Shown here: one piece after another, positions 41,432-49,978 of the stretch | Layout: each line of letters opens with the position of its first letter | Numbering within the stretch: position 1 is the stretch's first letter | Assembly: GCA_033720355.1 (NCBI GenBank) | Contig: JAWWCR010000001.1 | Location: 10,364 to 74,363 of the forward strand | Length of the DNA stretch: 64,000 nucleotides | DNA from: Gemmatimonadota bacterium | GTDB taxonomy: Bacteria > Gemmatimonadota > Gemmatimonadetes > Palauibacterales > Palauibacteraceae | Direction of reading: 5' to 3' | Position numbers and translations under genes: made by a program | Notes under the pieces: generated by a model | Told to the model about the DNA's origin: nothing | Databases searched by the model: none | Seen by the model: the letters and a program-made list of their open reading frames with translations, nothing else

Positions 41432-43276
41432 TCACCCCAGCGTGACCGTGGCGGAATCCGAACCGCCCTTCTGCGAGCGAACCCGAATCTCGATCCGAGA
41501 GCCGGGCTGTCCGCGGATCACCCATGTGACGGTCCTGCGCGTTCCCGAGCCGGAGAGTTGCTGGACGGTCACGGTCTTCTGCGCGCCGCTCAGGATCTGC
41601 TCGGGGGGGACCTGGATCTGGATGGTCGTCGGCTGTACCGAGCCCGAGACCACGCCATGTCGAAGCGACGTGGGAAAGAAGCCGCCGTTGACGATCGTCG
41701 CCTCCACGGTGAAGACACCGCCCCCGTGAGACGTCACCTCCGTGTCGACGAGCGAGACCCGCGGGAGCATCCCGGCGAGACGGACGACGAACTGGCCGTG
41801 CCGGCGGCCCAGGTCTTCCAGATCGGCCTCGGGCGGGTTCGACGTGACATAGGGCAGGAAGCCGCCGATCTCGACCTCGCCGAGCTGCGGGTGGGTGTAT
41901 GCCGACCACGCGGCGAATGCGTCGACTCCGGCCCCCTCCAGGCCTCCCAGCACCTCGGCGTCGACACCGCCGCCGTCTCCCCGACCGCTCCCGGCCGGTT
42001 CATCGCCTTCGCCCGCCGCCTCGGGAAGGGCCCATCCCTGAGTGCTGAACGACGGGATGCCGAACTGGTAATAGCCCCACTCGAAGAAAGCCCCGGCCGG
42101 CTCGCGGTGCAGGCCGACCCGCTCGATCCCGGTCAGCTCGCGATAGACGTCCGAGACCTTCGTGAAGTACACCTGGTCGTCTCCGTGCACGGTCGTCGAG
42201 GGTCGCCGGCCCGAGCTCGGGTCGTTGTCCCGCCCGACCTGGGCTCCGCGGAACCCGCCGCCACCGCCGCCGAACCCGAACCCGAATCCGCCTCCTCCGC
42301 CGGTCGGTCTGAAGACGCCGACGTCGTACATGCCATCGAACGACGCGTCGGCGAACTCCACGAGGTCGAGCGCGCGCGGATCGGCGAGGCCGCCCCCGGA
42401 GTTGGGGGGGGTCACGAGATTGTCGGTGTGGCCGAAGGTAAGGATCGCGCCGATGTTGCGGTGGGAGATCATGAAGTCCATGAGGCCGCGAGTCTCGGCC
42501 TCACTCACCATGTGCACCCCGGCGTCGGCCTGCCAGTAGGGGTATTCGTGCTGGAAATTCCTGTCGAGGTCCGTCCCCCCGGGGCCGTCTTCGTTGAAGA
42601 ACCCGTCTCCGTCGTCGTCGGCTCCCTCGTAGTACATCGCGTGGGTGCCGGTCTCCCCTTTCGTAGCGTCGGCGCGCTTCATGAGCCGAGGGTCGTCGGG
42701 GTCGATCATGAGGGCGCCGCCCGGGTCGGGCACGCGCATGAGGGTGATCGCGCCGTCGCCGTTCAGATCGTCGAAGCCGTCCTCATCGGTACGCCCGTCG
42801 TTGTCATCGTCGTACGCGGATGCGTTGCCGGTCCGGTCCCACCTCGCGGCACCGAACATCGCCTCGGCGCCGTCGGGGTTGAGCCTCGGAATCACGTAGA
42901 CGACCTGCTCGTCGAGCACCGTCCGGACGTCGACGGAACCGGCCTGCTCGATCAGGTATCGCACGATTTCGAGGGCGTGCGAGCTCCCGACGACATGGTC
43001 GCCCGACAGATTGCCGACAACCAGCACCGCGGGCCGATCGGCGAGGGGGGCGCCTGAACGGTTCGCGATCTCGACGACCCATACCTCGCGCCCTTCGCTG
43101 GTCGTGGCGATCGAGCTCAGGCTGGCAACGGAGGATCCGCCCGTCAGCGTCTGTAGCTCGGAGGTGAGAGCCGCGTGGTTCCGATACGAGGCCTGGGCCG
43201 CGAGCGAGCCGGGCAGCAGGGCGGCGAGGACGGCCACCGCGACCGGTCCGCCGCGGCGAAGGGATGACGTGATCAC
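41432..43276 (-). CDS. M14 carboxypeptidase-like protein with degenerate active site (putative pseudo-peptidase)
   Basis: GTG 43274-43276 comes after AGGAGA. Signal is VITSSLRRGGPVAVAVLAALLPGSLAAQA. It aligns with its neighbour, but HGNE becomes SGDH (GNLSGDHVVG) and NELW becomes TQGW. It retains NPDGAEA, DLDRNF and FGHT. It carries a GGGGGFGFGFGGGGGGF insert. Confidence 0.7.
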   Translation of the reverse strand: MITSSLRRGGPVAVAVLAALLPGSLAAQASYRNHAALTSELQTLTGGSSVASLSSIATTSEGREVWVVEIANRSGAPLADRPAVLVVGNLSGDHVVGSSHALEIVRYLIEQAGSVDVRTVLDEQVVYVIPRLNPDGAEAMFGAARWDRTGNASAYDDDNDGRTDEDGFDDLNGDGAITLMRVPDPGGALMIDPDDPRLMKRADATKGETGTHAMYYEGADDDGDGFFNEDGPGGTDLDRNFQHEYPYWQADAGVHMVSEAETRGLMDFMISHRNIGAILTFGHTDNLVTPPNSGGGLADPRALDLVEFADASFDGMYDVGVFRPTGGGGGFGFGFGGGGGGFRGAQVGRDNDPSSGRRPSTTVHGDDQVYFTKVSDVYRELTGIERVGLHREPAGAFFEWGYYQFGIPSFSTQGWALPEAAGEGDEPAGSGRGDGGGVDAEVLGGLEGAGVDAFAAWSAYTHPQLGEVEIGGFLPYVTSNPPEADLEDLGRRHGQFVVRLAGMLPRVSLVDTEVTSHGGGVFTVEATIVNGGFFPTSLRHGVVSGSVQPTTIQIQVPPEQILSGAQKTVTVQQLSGSGTRRTVTWVIRGQPGSRIEIRVRSQKGGSDSATVTLG

Positions 43277-43376
43277 CGTGCTGACTTCTCCTGGTTCGGG
43301 AAGGGACACAGGATAGAGGCGGGGGAGCACCGCAACCAGATGCGGGGTCGCGCCGGGACGAGGAGGGCGCAGCGAC

Positions 43377-43760
43377 ATGGGGTATCGACTGCTGGCCGAC
43401 ACCGTGCTGGTCGTGCATTTCCTCTTCATCGCGTTCGTCGTGGGCGGGGGATTCCTCGCGATCCGCTGGCGCCGCGTCACGTGGCTGCACCTTCCGGCCG
43501 CGGTCTGGGGCGCGGCGATCGAGTTCTTCGGCTGGGTCTGTCCGCTGACGCCGCTCGAGAACCACCTCCGACGACTGGGAGGCCAGGCCGGGTACACGGA
43601 CGGATTCATCGAGCACTACCTCATGCCGCTCGTGTACCCGCCCGGCCTCACGCGTGGCACGCAGCTCGTGCTCGCCGGGGTCGTCGTCGTGCTCAACGTG
43701 GCGGCGTATGCTCTCGTCGTGCGGCGGTGGCGCGCCGGGCGCCCCCGCCACCAGTGCTAG
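43377..43760 (+). CDS. DUF2784-family small membrane protein
   Basis: 127-aa ORF with 3-4 TM helices. HLPAAVWGAAIEFFGWVCPLTPLENHLR is the DUF2784 signature as I recall it. Confidence 0.6.
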   Translation: MGYRLLADTVLVVHFLFIAFVVGGGFLAIRWRRVTWLHLPAAVWGAAIEFFGWVCPLTPLENHLRRLGGQAGYTDGFIEHYLMPLVYPPGLTRGTQLVLAGVVVVLNVAAYALVVRRWRAGRPRHQC

Positions 43761-46444
43761 TCGGCGCGTAGCGCCTCGACGGGGTCGATGCGAGCGGCCC
43801 GCCGGGCCGGCAGCCAGCTGCACAGGACGCCGAGGGTAAAGACGAGGAGGCACCCTGCGGCGAGGACCCGCGGCTCGAGCGGGCTGACGCCGAACACGAA
43901 GCTCTCGAGCAACCGCGTCAGGGCCGCCGCGGCGAGAAGTCCCACGGCGAGACCGACGCTCGTCAGACGCACGCCGTCGCGGAGCACGAGCGAGATGGCG
44001 CCGCCCGGCGCGGCTCCCAGGGCGATGCGGACGCCGATCTCACGTCGTCGCCGTGACACCGCCTGAGCCATGACCCCCGCGATCCCGACGAGGGCCAGCA
44101 CGAGCGCCAGAGCCGCGAAGATCGCGAGCAGGGTGGCGCGCAGACGCGGGCCGCCCACCGTGCCGGCGAGCAGGTCGCCCATCGGGCTGATCGAGGAGAT
44201 GGCGATCCGCGGCTCGATCGAGTTGATGACCGCGCGGATCTCGTCCCCCATCGACTCGACGACCGCGTCGCCGCGGACGACGACCGAGAGCCCACGGGCG
44301 ATGCCGTTCCAGGGCTCCTGCGAGGCGGGCAGAAACGCCATCGGGCCCGGCGGCGTCTCGGGTCCGAAGTGGCGGATGTCCGCTACGACGCCGAGCACCG
44401 CGAACGTGTCGGAGTGGATGAGGGCCGACTTCCCGATGGCGCTTTCGCCGGGCCAGAACATCTCGGCCATCGCGGCGCTGATTACCATGCCCCCGGCGGC
44501 GTCGGCTCCGTCCCGCCACTCGATCCCCCGTCCCGTCACGAGTCGCGCGTCGAGCGCGTCGAGCGCCCCCGGCGTCACCGAGCGGACCTCCGCGCACCGG
44601 CCTTCCCCAGGCCCGGGCGGTGGCCGGTCGAGCGGGGTGACCCCGTCGCACGAGTAGTTGTCGGAGAGAGGTACGACGTCCATCGCGCCGGCCACCATCA
44701 CCCCCGGCAGAGCCTCGATTCGCTCGAGTACCTCGCGGTAGCGGTCCTCTGCCGCTTCGGGCTCCAGGTCCCACCAGGCGGCGCCGTGCATCTCGAGCGT
44801 CAGGACTCCGCGGCGCTGCACCCCAAGATCGACCCCGTGGAGATTCGCGAAGCTCTGAAGAAGCAGCCCGGCCCCGACCACGAGCACCAGCGTCGTCGCG
44901 ACCTGCGCCAGCACGAGGCCCCGTCGAAGTCGCTCTGCCCGTCCGGCGATCTCACCCCCCCGCGACCCGCCGACGGGCGAGAGCGGAGTCGAGCCCGCGA
45001 TACGAAGGGCGGGCAGCAGGCCGAAGAGTATTGCGGTCCCGCCGGCGAGCGCCGCCGAGAACGCGAGAACCGCGGCGTCGACCTCGATGGCGTCGGCTCG
45101 TGGCAGCCACTGTCCGGCGAGACCGACGATCGCGCCTACCGTCCCGTAGGCAAGGGCGACCCCGAGGACGCCTCCGACCAGCGCGATCGCGAGGCTCTCG
45201 GCGAACAGATGTGTGACCAGTCGCCCCCGCGACGCGCCCATCGATGATCGAACGAGGAGTTCCTCGCGGCGTTCGAGCATCCGTCCGGTCAGCAGGTTCG
45301 CCACGTTCACGCAGGCCACCAGCAGGACGAGACCGACTGCGCCCATCAGGACGTAGAGCGCCGTCCGTGTGTCGCCGACGACGCTGTCCCGAAGCGGTGC
45401 GAGCGTCATCGTTCGATCCGCGTTCTCTTCGGGGTAGGCATCCGCGAGGCGCGCCATCGCCGCCCTGACCTCCGGCTGCGCGCCGTCGACGTCGACCCCG
45501 TCCGCCAGACGCGCGACCCCCCTCCACGACCGGCCCGACCGAAACCAGTCGACGGCGTCGAAGTACGGCGTACGCCAGACCTCCGGCTGACGCCCGTTGT
45601 ACGTGACGAGGTTCGGCCCCTCGAAATCGGCGGGGGTGACGCCGGCCACGACGTAGGCCTCGTTGTTGAGTAGCACGCTCGACCCCGGAAGATCCGGATC
45701 GGCCCCGAAGCGTCTCGTCCACAGGCCGTGCGAGATCACCACCGTCGGGGTGCGCCCCTCCCCCTCCTCGTCAGGGACGAAGAAGCGTCCGGCCGCGGGC
45801 CGGACCCCCAGGACGTCGAAGTAGTCCCACGACACCGTCGCGCCCGGCAGCACTTCCGGGGCGCCCTCGGTGAAGGCGGGCTGCCATGCGGAGATCCCGG
45901 CGACACCGCTGAAGGCCGAGACCTCCGACTCGATATCGGCGAGGTTCGGGTACGACACGTTTGTCGATCGACCGGGCTCCCCGATCCGGTGGCCGATGAG
46001 TTGAACGAGCCGGTCGGGCTCGTCGTACGGGAAGGGCCGGAGGAGGACGCCCCGCACGATCCCGAGCAGGGCGGTGTTCGCGCCGATCCCCAGCATGAGC
46101 GTCACGACGGCGGTCGCGGTGAATCCGGGCCGGCTCCGGAGCGATCGGCCGGCGCGGCCGAGATCCTGGAACAGGTTGCGGAGCCCGAACCCGTGTGTCG
46201 TGAGATACCACGCGTCGCGCAGCGACCCGACGGCGTGGACGACCAGCCGAAGGCGATCGAGCGTCCCGACCCCCCTTCCCCGGGCGAGACGGTCGTGGGC
46301 GGCGAGGATCTCGGCGTTCCACTCGGCGCGCCAGGCCCTGCGGTCGGCGCTCGGCAACAGCCGGCTTGCCGCGCCGACGAACCGGATCGAGAAACGCACG
46401 AAGCGGTCGGGGGTTTCGGGGGTCGGAGGGGTCGGAGACAGCAT
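43757..46444 (-). CDS. Duplicated FtsX/MacB-like ABC permease ('ADOP' type), module 2
   Basis: 895-aa ORF with the same two-fold TM1 / periplasmic domain / 3-TM architecture. It ends PARRAARIDPVEALRAD. It starts 4 nt after the padR stop. Confidence 0.85.
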   Translation of the reverse strand: MLSPTPPTPETPDRFVRFSIRFVGAASRLLPSADRRAWRAEWNAEILAAHDRLARGRGVGTLDRLRLVVHAVGSLRDAWYLTTHGFGLRNLFQDLGRAGRSLRSRPGFTATAVVTLMLGIGANTALLGIVRGVLLRPFPYDEPDRLVQLIGHRIGEPGRSTNVSYPNLADIESEVSAFSGVAGISAWQPAFTEGAPEVLPGATVSWDYFDVLGVRPAAGRFFVPDEEGEGRTPTVVISHGLWTRRFGADPDLPGSSVLLNNEAYVVAGVTPADFEGPNLVTYNGRQPEVWRTPYFDAVDWFRSGRSWRGVARLADGVDVDGAQPEVRAAMARLADAYPEENADRTMTLAPLRDSVVGDTRTALYVLMGAVGLVLLVACVNVANLLTGRMLERREELLVRSSMGASRGRLVTHLFAESLAIALVGGVLGVALAYGTVGAIVGLAGQWLPRADAIEVDAAVLAFSAALAGGTAILFGLLPALRIAGSTPLSPVGGSRGGEIAGRAERLRRGLVLAQVATTLVLVVGAGLLLQSFANLHGVDLGVQRRGVLTLEMHGAAWWDLEPEAAEDRYREVLERIEALPGVMVAGAMDVVPLSDNYSCDGVTPLDRPPPGPGEGRCAEVRSVTPGALDALDARLVTGRGIEWRDGADAAGGMVISAAMAEMFWPGESAIGKSALIHSDTFAVLGVVADIRHFGPETPPGPMAFLPASQEPWNGIARGLSVVVRGDAVVESMGDEIRAVINSIEPRIAISSISPMGDLLAGTVGGPRLRATLLAIFAALALVLALVGIAGVMAQAVSRRRREIGVRIALGAAPGGAISLVLRDGVRLTSVGLAVGLLAAAALTRLLESFVFGVSPLEPRVLAAGCLLVFTLGVLCSWLPARRAARIDPVEALRAD

Positions 46445-46448
46445 CGGC

Positions 46449-46769
46449 TCAGCCCTCCCGCGGATGGAGGATGCGCGCGCCCACGAGCCGCGGCAGCGAA
46501 GCGAGCTTCTCGCGCGCCGCGGGCAGAAGGGCGGCTCCCTCGGGCGTTACCTCGTACACCCGCCGCCGCGGCCGACCGGCCTCGAGGGCGTCGGCGGCCG
46601 GCTCCCACGTCGATCTCAGACACCCGTTGGCCTCGAGACGCCGCAGCGCCGGATAGACCGTGCCGCTCGGCAATCCCGTCACGTCCATGATATCGAAGCC
46701 GTATCGCGCCCCGTCCCTCATCGCTCCGAGGATCAGAGCGGTTGCGACGGTCATCCGGGTCCCGGCCAT
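46449..46769 (-). CDS. PadR-family transcriptional regulator (module 2)
   Basis: TALILGAMRDGARYGFDIMDVTGLPSGTVYPALRRLEANGCLRS...RRVYEVTPEG. I prefer ATG 46767-46769 (MAGTRMTV...) over the track's GTG 46817. This is based on the lengths of the other two PadRs and on the operator-like motif at 46811-46819. Confidence 0.75.
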   Translation of the reverse strand: MAGTRMTVATALILGAMRDGARYGFDIMDVTGLPSGTVYPALRRLEANGCLRSTWEPAADALEAGRPRRRVYEVTPEGAALLPAAREKLASLPRLVGARILHPREG

Positions 46770-46810
46770 GTCAAGCCTCGCAGCGGTGATGATCTCTGCT
46801 CGATACAGGT

Positions 46811-46833
46811 TGTACACTACCTATGTAGACTAC
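46811..46833. promoter_or_regulatory. Candidate PadR-2 operator / promoter patch
   Basis: tGTACACTAC-ctat-GTAGACTAC is a 9-bp direct repeat with 1 mismatch. It contains TGTACACTA, which matches TGTATACTA upstream of padR-1 in the same orientation. It is locally AT-richer. Confidence 0.4.
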
Positions 46834-46922
46834 GACGGGCGACGGATGGTTGCAATCGGCTCGAGCTCCGCGGGGTGCGATCCCGAGATGCCGCGCCCGT
46901 CAGGCCGACCCCGGGCGGAGTT

Positions 46923-49586
46923 CTACTCGGAGCGCAGAACCTCCACGGGATCGACGCGCAGGATCCGCCGCGCCGCGAGAGCCGCGGCTCCGAGGCCGAC
47001 CGCCACCAGCCCCACGACCGCCGCCGCATAGGCGACAGGGTCGATGGGCGTGATGCCGAAGAGGAACTCGCCGAGCAGCCGCGACCCCGCGAGCGCGGCC
47101 ACAAGCCCGACGGCCACGCCAGCACCCAGCGGCAGTGCCTCCCGGCCGAGCTCGCGAACGAGCAGCCGTCCGGGGTCGGCGCCGAGGGCCACGCGGACTC
47201 CGAGCTCCCTCATGCGCGCAACGAGGCTGCGGCCCGTCACGCCGAAGACGCCGATCCCGGCGAGGAGCGTGGCGGTCAGCGCGAAGTCGGCGAGAAGGAG
47301 CGTTCTGTAACGCTGGCCCGCCAGCGACCCCGCGACCACCGACGAGAACGGTCGGACATCCTCGAGAGGAAGCGCCGGGTCCAGCGACCAGATCGCCTCA
47401 CGCGCCGGGGCCGCCAGCCCGCCCGGGTCACCGGAACCCCCCAGCACCAGGGAGACACGCTGTCGGACATCGTCCTCCTCCTGGTGGATCGGCGTGTAGA
47501 AGGTGGCGTCGGGGGCGCTCCTCAGGTCGGACATGATGACGTCGCCCACCACCCCGACGATCTCCCACCGCCGGTTGTCGCGCAGGATCGCCTGGCCGAT
47601 CGCCGTGTCTCCGGGCCAGAACCTGGACTCCATCGCCTCGCTCACCACCACGACGGGCTGGCCGCCGTCCCGATCGGCCGCCTCGAAGCCGCGTCCCTCG
47701 CGGATCGGGATGCCGAGCGTCTCGAAGTAGCCCGGTAGCACCGACCGGCGCGTGGCTTCGGGGCCCTGCTCGGAGTCGGGGGTCACCCGACCGGGGATCT
47801 CGAAGCTCGAGCTGCCGCCACGCCCCGAGAACGGGAGCGCGCTCGACCCGGTGACCGACGTGACGCCGGGCAGCGCGCCGAGTCGCTCGGTGACGCGGAA
47901 GAGCAGGGCCGAGCGGGACGCACCATCGGGATATCGGTCCACGGGGAGCCCCAGCTCGACGACCAGGCTCCCCTCCGCCTCGAACCCGGGGTCCACCGAC
48001 AGCTCGGCGACCAGGCTGCGCGTGAGCAGGCCCGTACCGACGAGGAGTACGAGGGAGATGGCGAACTGGGCCGCGACGAGACCGTTCTGCGTACGGCGGC
48101 CGCCACCGCCCCGCCCGGGAAGCTTGCGGAGCGTCGCCTGGAGATCGGGCGATCCGGCGATGAAGGCCGGCACGAGACCGAACGCCAGGCTCGTGAGCGC
48201 TCCGAGACCCGCGGTGAAGGCCAGAATTCGCGGGTCGAGCGGGGCGACGGCGGACAGACCGAGCTCGGAGGGCGCCCACCTCAACAGGACTCCGCGCAGC
48301 GCGAACGCGAGTCCGTAGCCGCCCAGAACTCCGCCTCCGGCAAGGACGAGCGCCTCGACGAGGAGCTGTCGCGTGAGGCGCCCCGCCCCGGCACCGAGGG
48401 TCGCGCGCGTGGCGAGCTCGCCACGCCGCGCCGCGAGGCGGCCGAGCAGGAGGGTCGCGACGTTCACGCAGGCGAGTAGCATGAGGAGCGACACCGCCCC
48501 GAGCAGGAGCAGAAGCGGCCCCCGTGCGTTCTTCGTCTGCTCGGTGTGTCGAAGCGTGACCCGCACGCCGCGCGATTCGGGCGGGGCGCCGCCGGTGACG
48601 AGGCGCTGTGTCTCCGCCACGGCCGTCGGCGTGATGCCGCCAGCGAGTCTCCCCATGGCCTCGTACACGTGGTTGCCGTCGTCGCGGTCGACCGGCTCGC
48701 CTCCGGCCGGCACCCAGAGGGTGGCCTCGCCGATGCCCGGTACGACCGACCCGAAGCGGAAGTCGGGGGGCAGCACGCCAATCACTCGAAAGGTGCGTCC
48801 GTCGAGCCGGATCGACCGGCCGATGACCTGCGCGTCGCCCCCCCAAACGCGCTGCCATGCATCGTGGTGGAGTACGGCGACGTCGGCCGCCCCGGGGCCT
48901 CCCTCGTGGGGTCCGAAGAGACGGCCCAGCAGGGGAGAGACCCCGAGCAGCGGCCACAGCGATGGAGTCGCCCACCCCACCATGACGGATCGGGGGTCCC
49001 CCGAACCCACCAGGGCCATCTGCGTCGCGCGGTAGACCGCGATCTCTTCGTACGCCGTCTGGTCGCGGCGCCATGTCTCGTACTCGGGGTACGAGAGACC
49101 GATCCGGTCCCACAGTGCGTCGAGCACGTGGTGGCCCTGCCAGCCGGGGTAGGTGTTCCAGATGGTGACGAGCTCGTCGGGCCTGTCGAAGGGAAGGCTG
49201 CGGAAGAGCACCCGGTCGACGATCGAGAAGACGGCCGTCGTCGCGCCGATCCCCACCGTGAGGGTCGCCACGATCAGAGCCGCCTGCCCGGGTCGGCGAC
49301 GCATTGCGCGGAAGGCGAACCGCGCGTCGTGCGCCCCCGCAGAAAGCCAGCGTCCCGGCGCGGAAGCCGGCGGGCGCCTCAGCGCGTTGCCGAGCCGGGC
49401 GAGAAACGGCCCGATCGCACGTCGCGCCTCCGCGCGATAGTGGCGACGGGCGGCGCGGCGGCCGTCCGCCTCGAGCCGGGTCGCGAACTCCTCCTCGAGG
49501 TCTCCGAGCGCGAACTCACGCTGCGATGTGGGGAGGAGGATGCGAAGCAGCCAGGCCGAGAAGCGTGGGGGCCGAGCCGGCGTCAT
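46923..49586 (-). CDS. Duplicated FtsX/MacB-like ABC permease ('ADOP' type), module 3
   Basis: 887-aa ORF with the same architecture. It ends ARRILRVDPVEVLRSE. Its start overlaps the padR-3 stop (ATGA). Confidence 0.85.
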   Translation of the reverse strand: MTPARPPRFSAWLLRILLPTSQREFALGDLEEEFATRLEADGRRAARRHYRAEARRAIGPFLARLGNALRRPPASAPGRWLSAGAHDARFAFRAMRRRPGQAALIVATLTVGIGATTAVFSIVDRVLFRSLPFDRPDELVTIWNTYPGWQGHHVLDALWDRIGLSYPEYETWRRDQTAYEEIAVYRATQMALVGSGDPRSVMVGWATPSLWPLLGVSPLLGRLFGPHEGGPGAADVAVLHHDAWQRVWGGDAQVIGRSIRLDGRTFRVIGVLPPDFRFGSVVPGIGEATLWVPAGGEPVDRDDGNHVYEAMGRLAGGITPTAVAETQRLVTGGAPPESRGVRVTLRHTEQTKNARGPLLLLLGAVSLLMLLACVNVATLLLGRLAARRGELATRATLGAGAGRLTRQLLVEALVLAGGGVLGGYGLAFALRGVLLRWAPSELGLSAVAPLDPRILAFTAGLGALTSLAFGLVPAFIAGSPDLQATLRKLPGRGGGGRRTQNGLVAAQFAISLVLLVGTGLLTRSLVAELSVDPGFEAEGSLVVELGLPVDRYPDGASRSALLFRVTERLGALPGVTSVTGSSALPFSGRGGSSSFEIPGRVTPDSEQGPEATRRSVLPGYFETLGIPIREGRGFEAADRDGGQPVVVVSEAMESRFWPGDTAIGQAILRDNRRWEIVGVVGDVIMSDLRSAPDATFYTPIHQEEDDVRQRVSLVLGGSGDPGGLAAPAREAIWSLDPALPLEDVRPFSSVVAGSLAGQRYRTLLLADFALTATLLAGIGVFGVTGRSLVARMRELGVRVALGADPGRLLVRELGREALPLGAGVAVGLVAALAGSRLLGEFLFGITPIDPVAYAAAVVGLVAVGLGAAALAARRILRVDPVEVLRSE

Positions 49587-49918
49587 GCCGATCTCCGCGA
49601 CGAGAGGTCGACCCCTTCCCAGAGTCGGGCAAGGCCCTCCCGCGCGGCCACGGCTGCCTCGGCCCCCCGTGTCGTGACGCGGTAGAGCTTCTTCCTGCGC
49701 CCACCGCGACGCGGCGTCGGATCGGACAGCTCGTGGACGAGCAGGCCGCGCGATTCGAGACGGTCGAGGGCCGCGTAGGTCGTCGCGGTGGAGAGCCGTC
49801 GCCCCGCGGTCCTCTCGATCTCCGTCCGTATCGGGACCCCGTAGGCGCCGTCCCCGAGACGGGCGACCGCGACGAGGACGAGCTGTTCGACGTCGTTCAG
49901 GTGCTCCTGCTTCGCCAT
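49583..49918 (-). CDS. PadR-family transcriptional regulator (module 3)
   Basis: 111-aa ORF. VEQLVLVAVARLGDGAYGVPIRTEIERTAGRRLSTATTYAALDRLESRGLLVH...KKLYRVTTRG is close in pattern to PadR-1. Confidence 0.85.
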   Translation of the reverse strand: MAKQEHLNDVEQLVLVAVARLGDGAYGVPIRTEIERTAGRRLSTATTYAALDRLESRGLLVHELSDPTPRRGGRRKKLYRVTTRGAEAAVAAREGLARLWEGVDLSSRRSA

Positions 49919-49925
49919 TCGAACC

Positions 49926-49968
49926 CCCTCGGCAGGTTTATTCCGGGTTACGGAAGAAACGCCGAGGG
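49926..49968. promoter_or_regulatory. Nested inverted repeat between the NTF2-like gene and padR-3
   Basis: CCCTCGGC...GCCGAGGG is a perfect 8-bp repeat enclosing TTCCG-ggtta-CGGAA. It could be a terminator for the upstream minus-strand gene (no U-tract) or an operator for padR-3. Confidence 0.35.
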
Positions 49969-49978
49969 AGTTTCGCGA

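Noticed and set aside
46770-46817. The track's longer padR-2 model starting at GTG 46817 (MYNLYRAEIITAARLD...).
   Set aside because: The extra 16 residues have no counterpart in PadR-1 or PadR-3. They would also overlap the AT-richer repeat patch that looks like the promoter/operator. ATG 46769 gives a PadR of normal length. The start remains unproven.
49926-49968. Calling the nested GC hairpin a rho-independent terminator.
   Set aside because: There is no U-tract on either strand after the stem. I kept it only as an unspecified regulatory inverted repeat.
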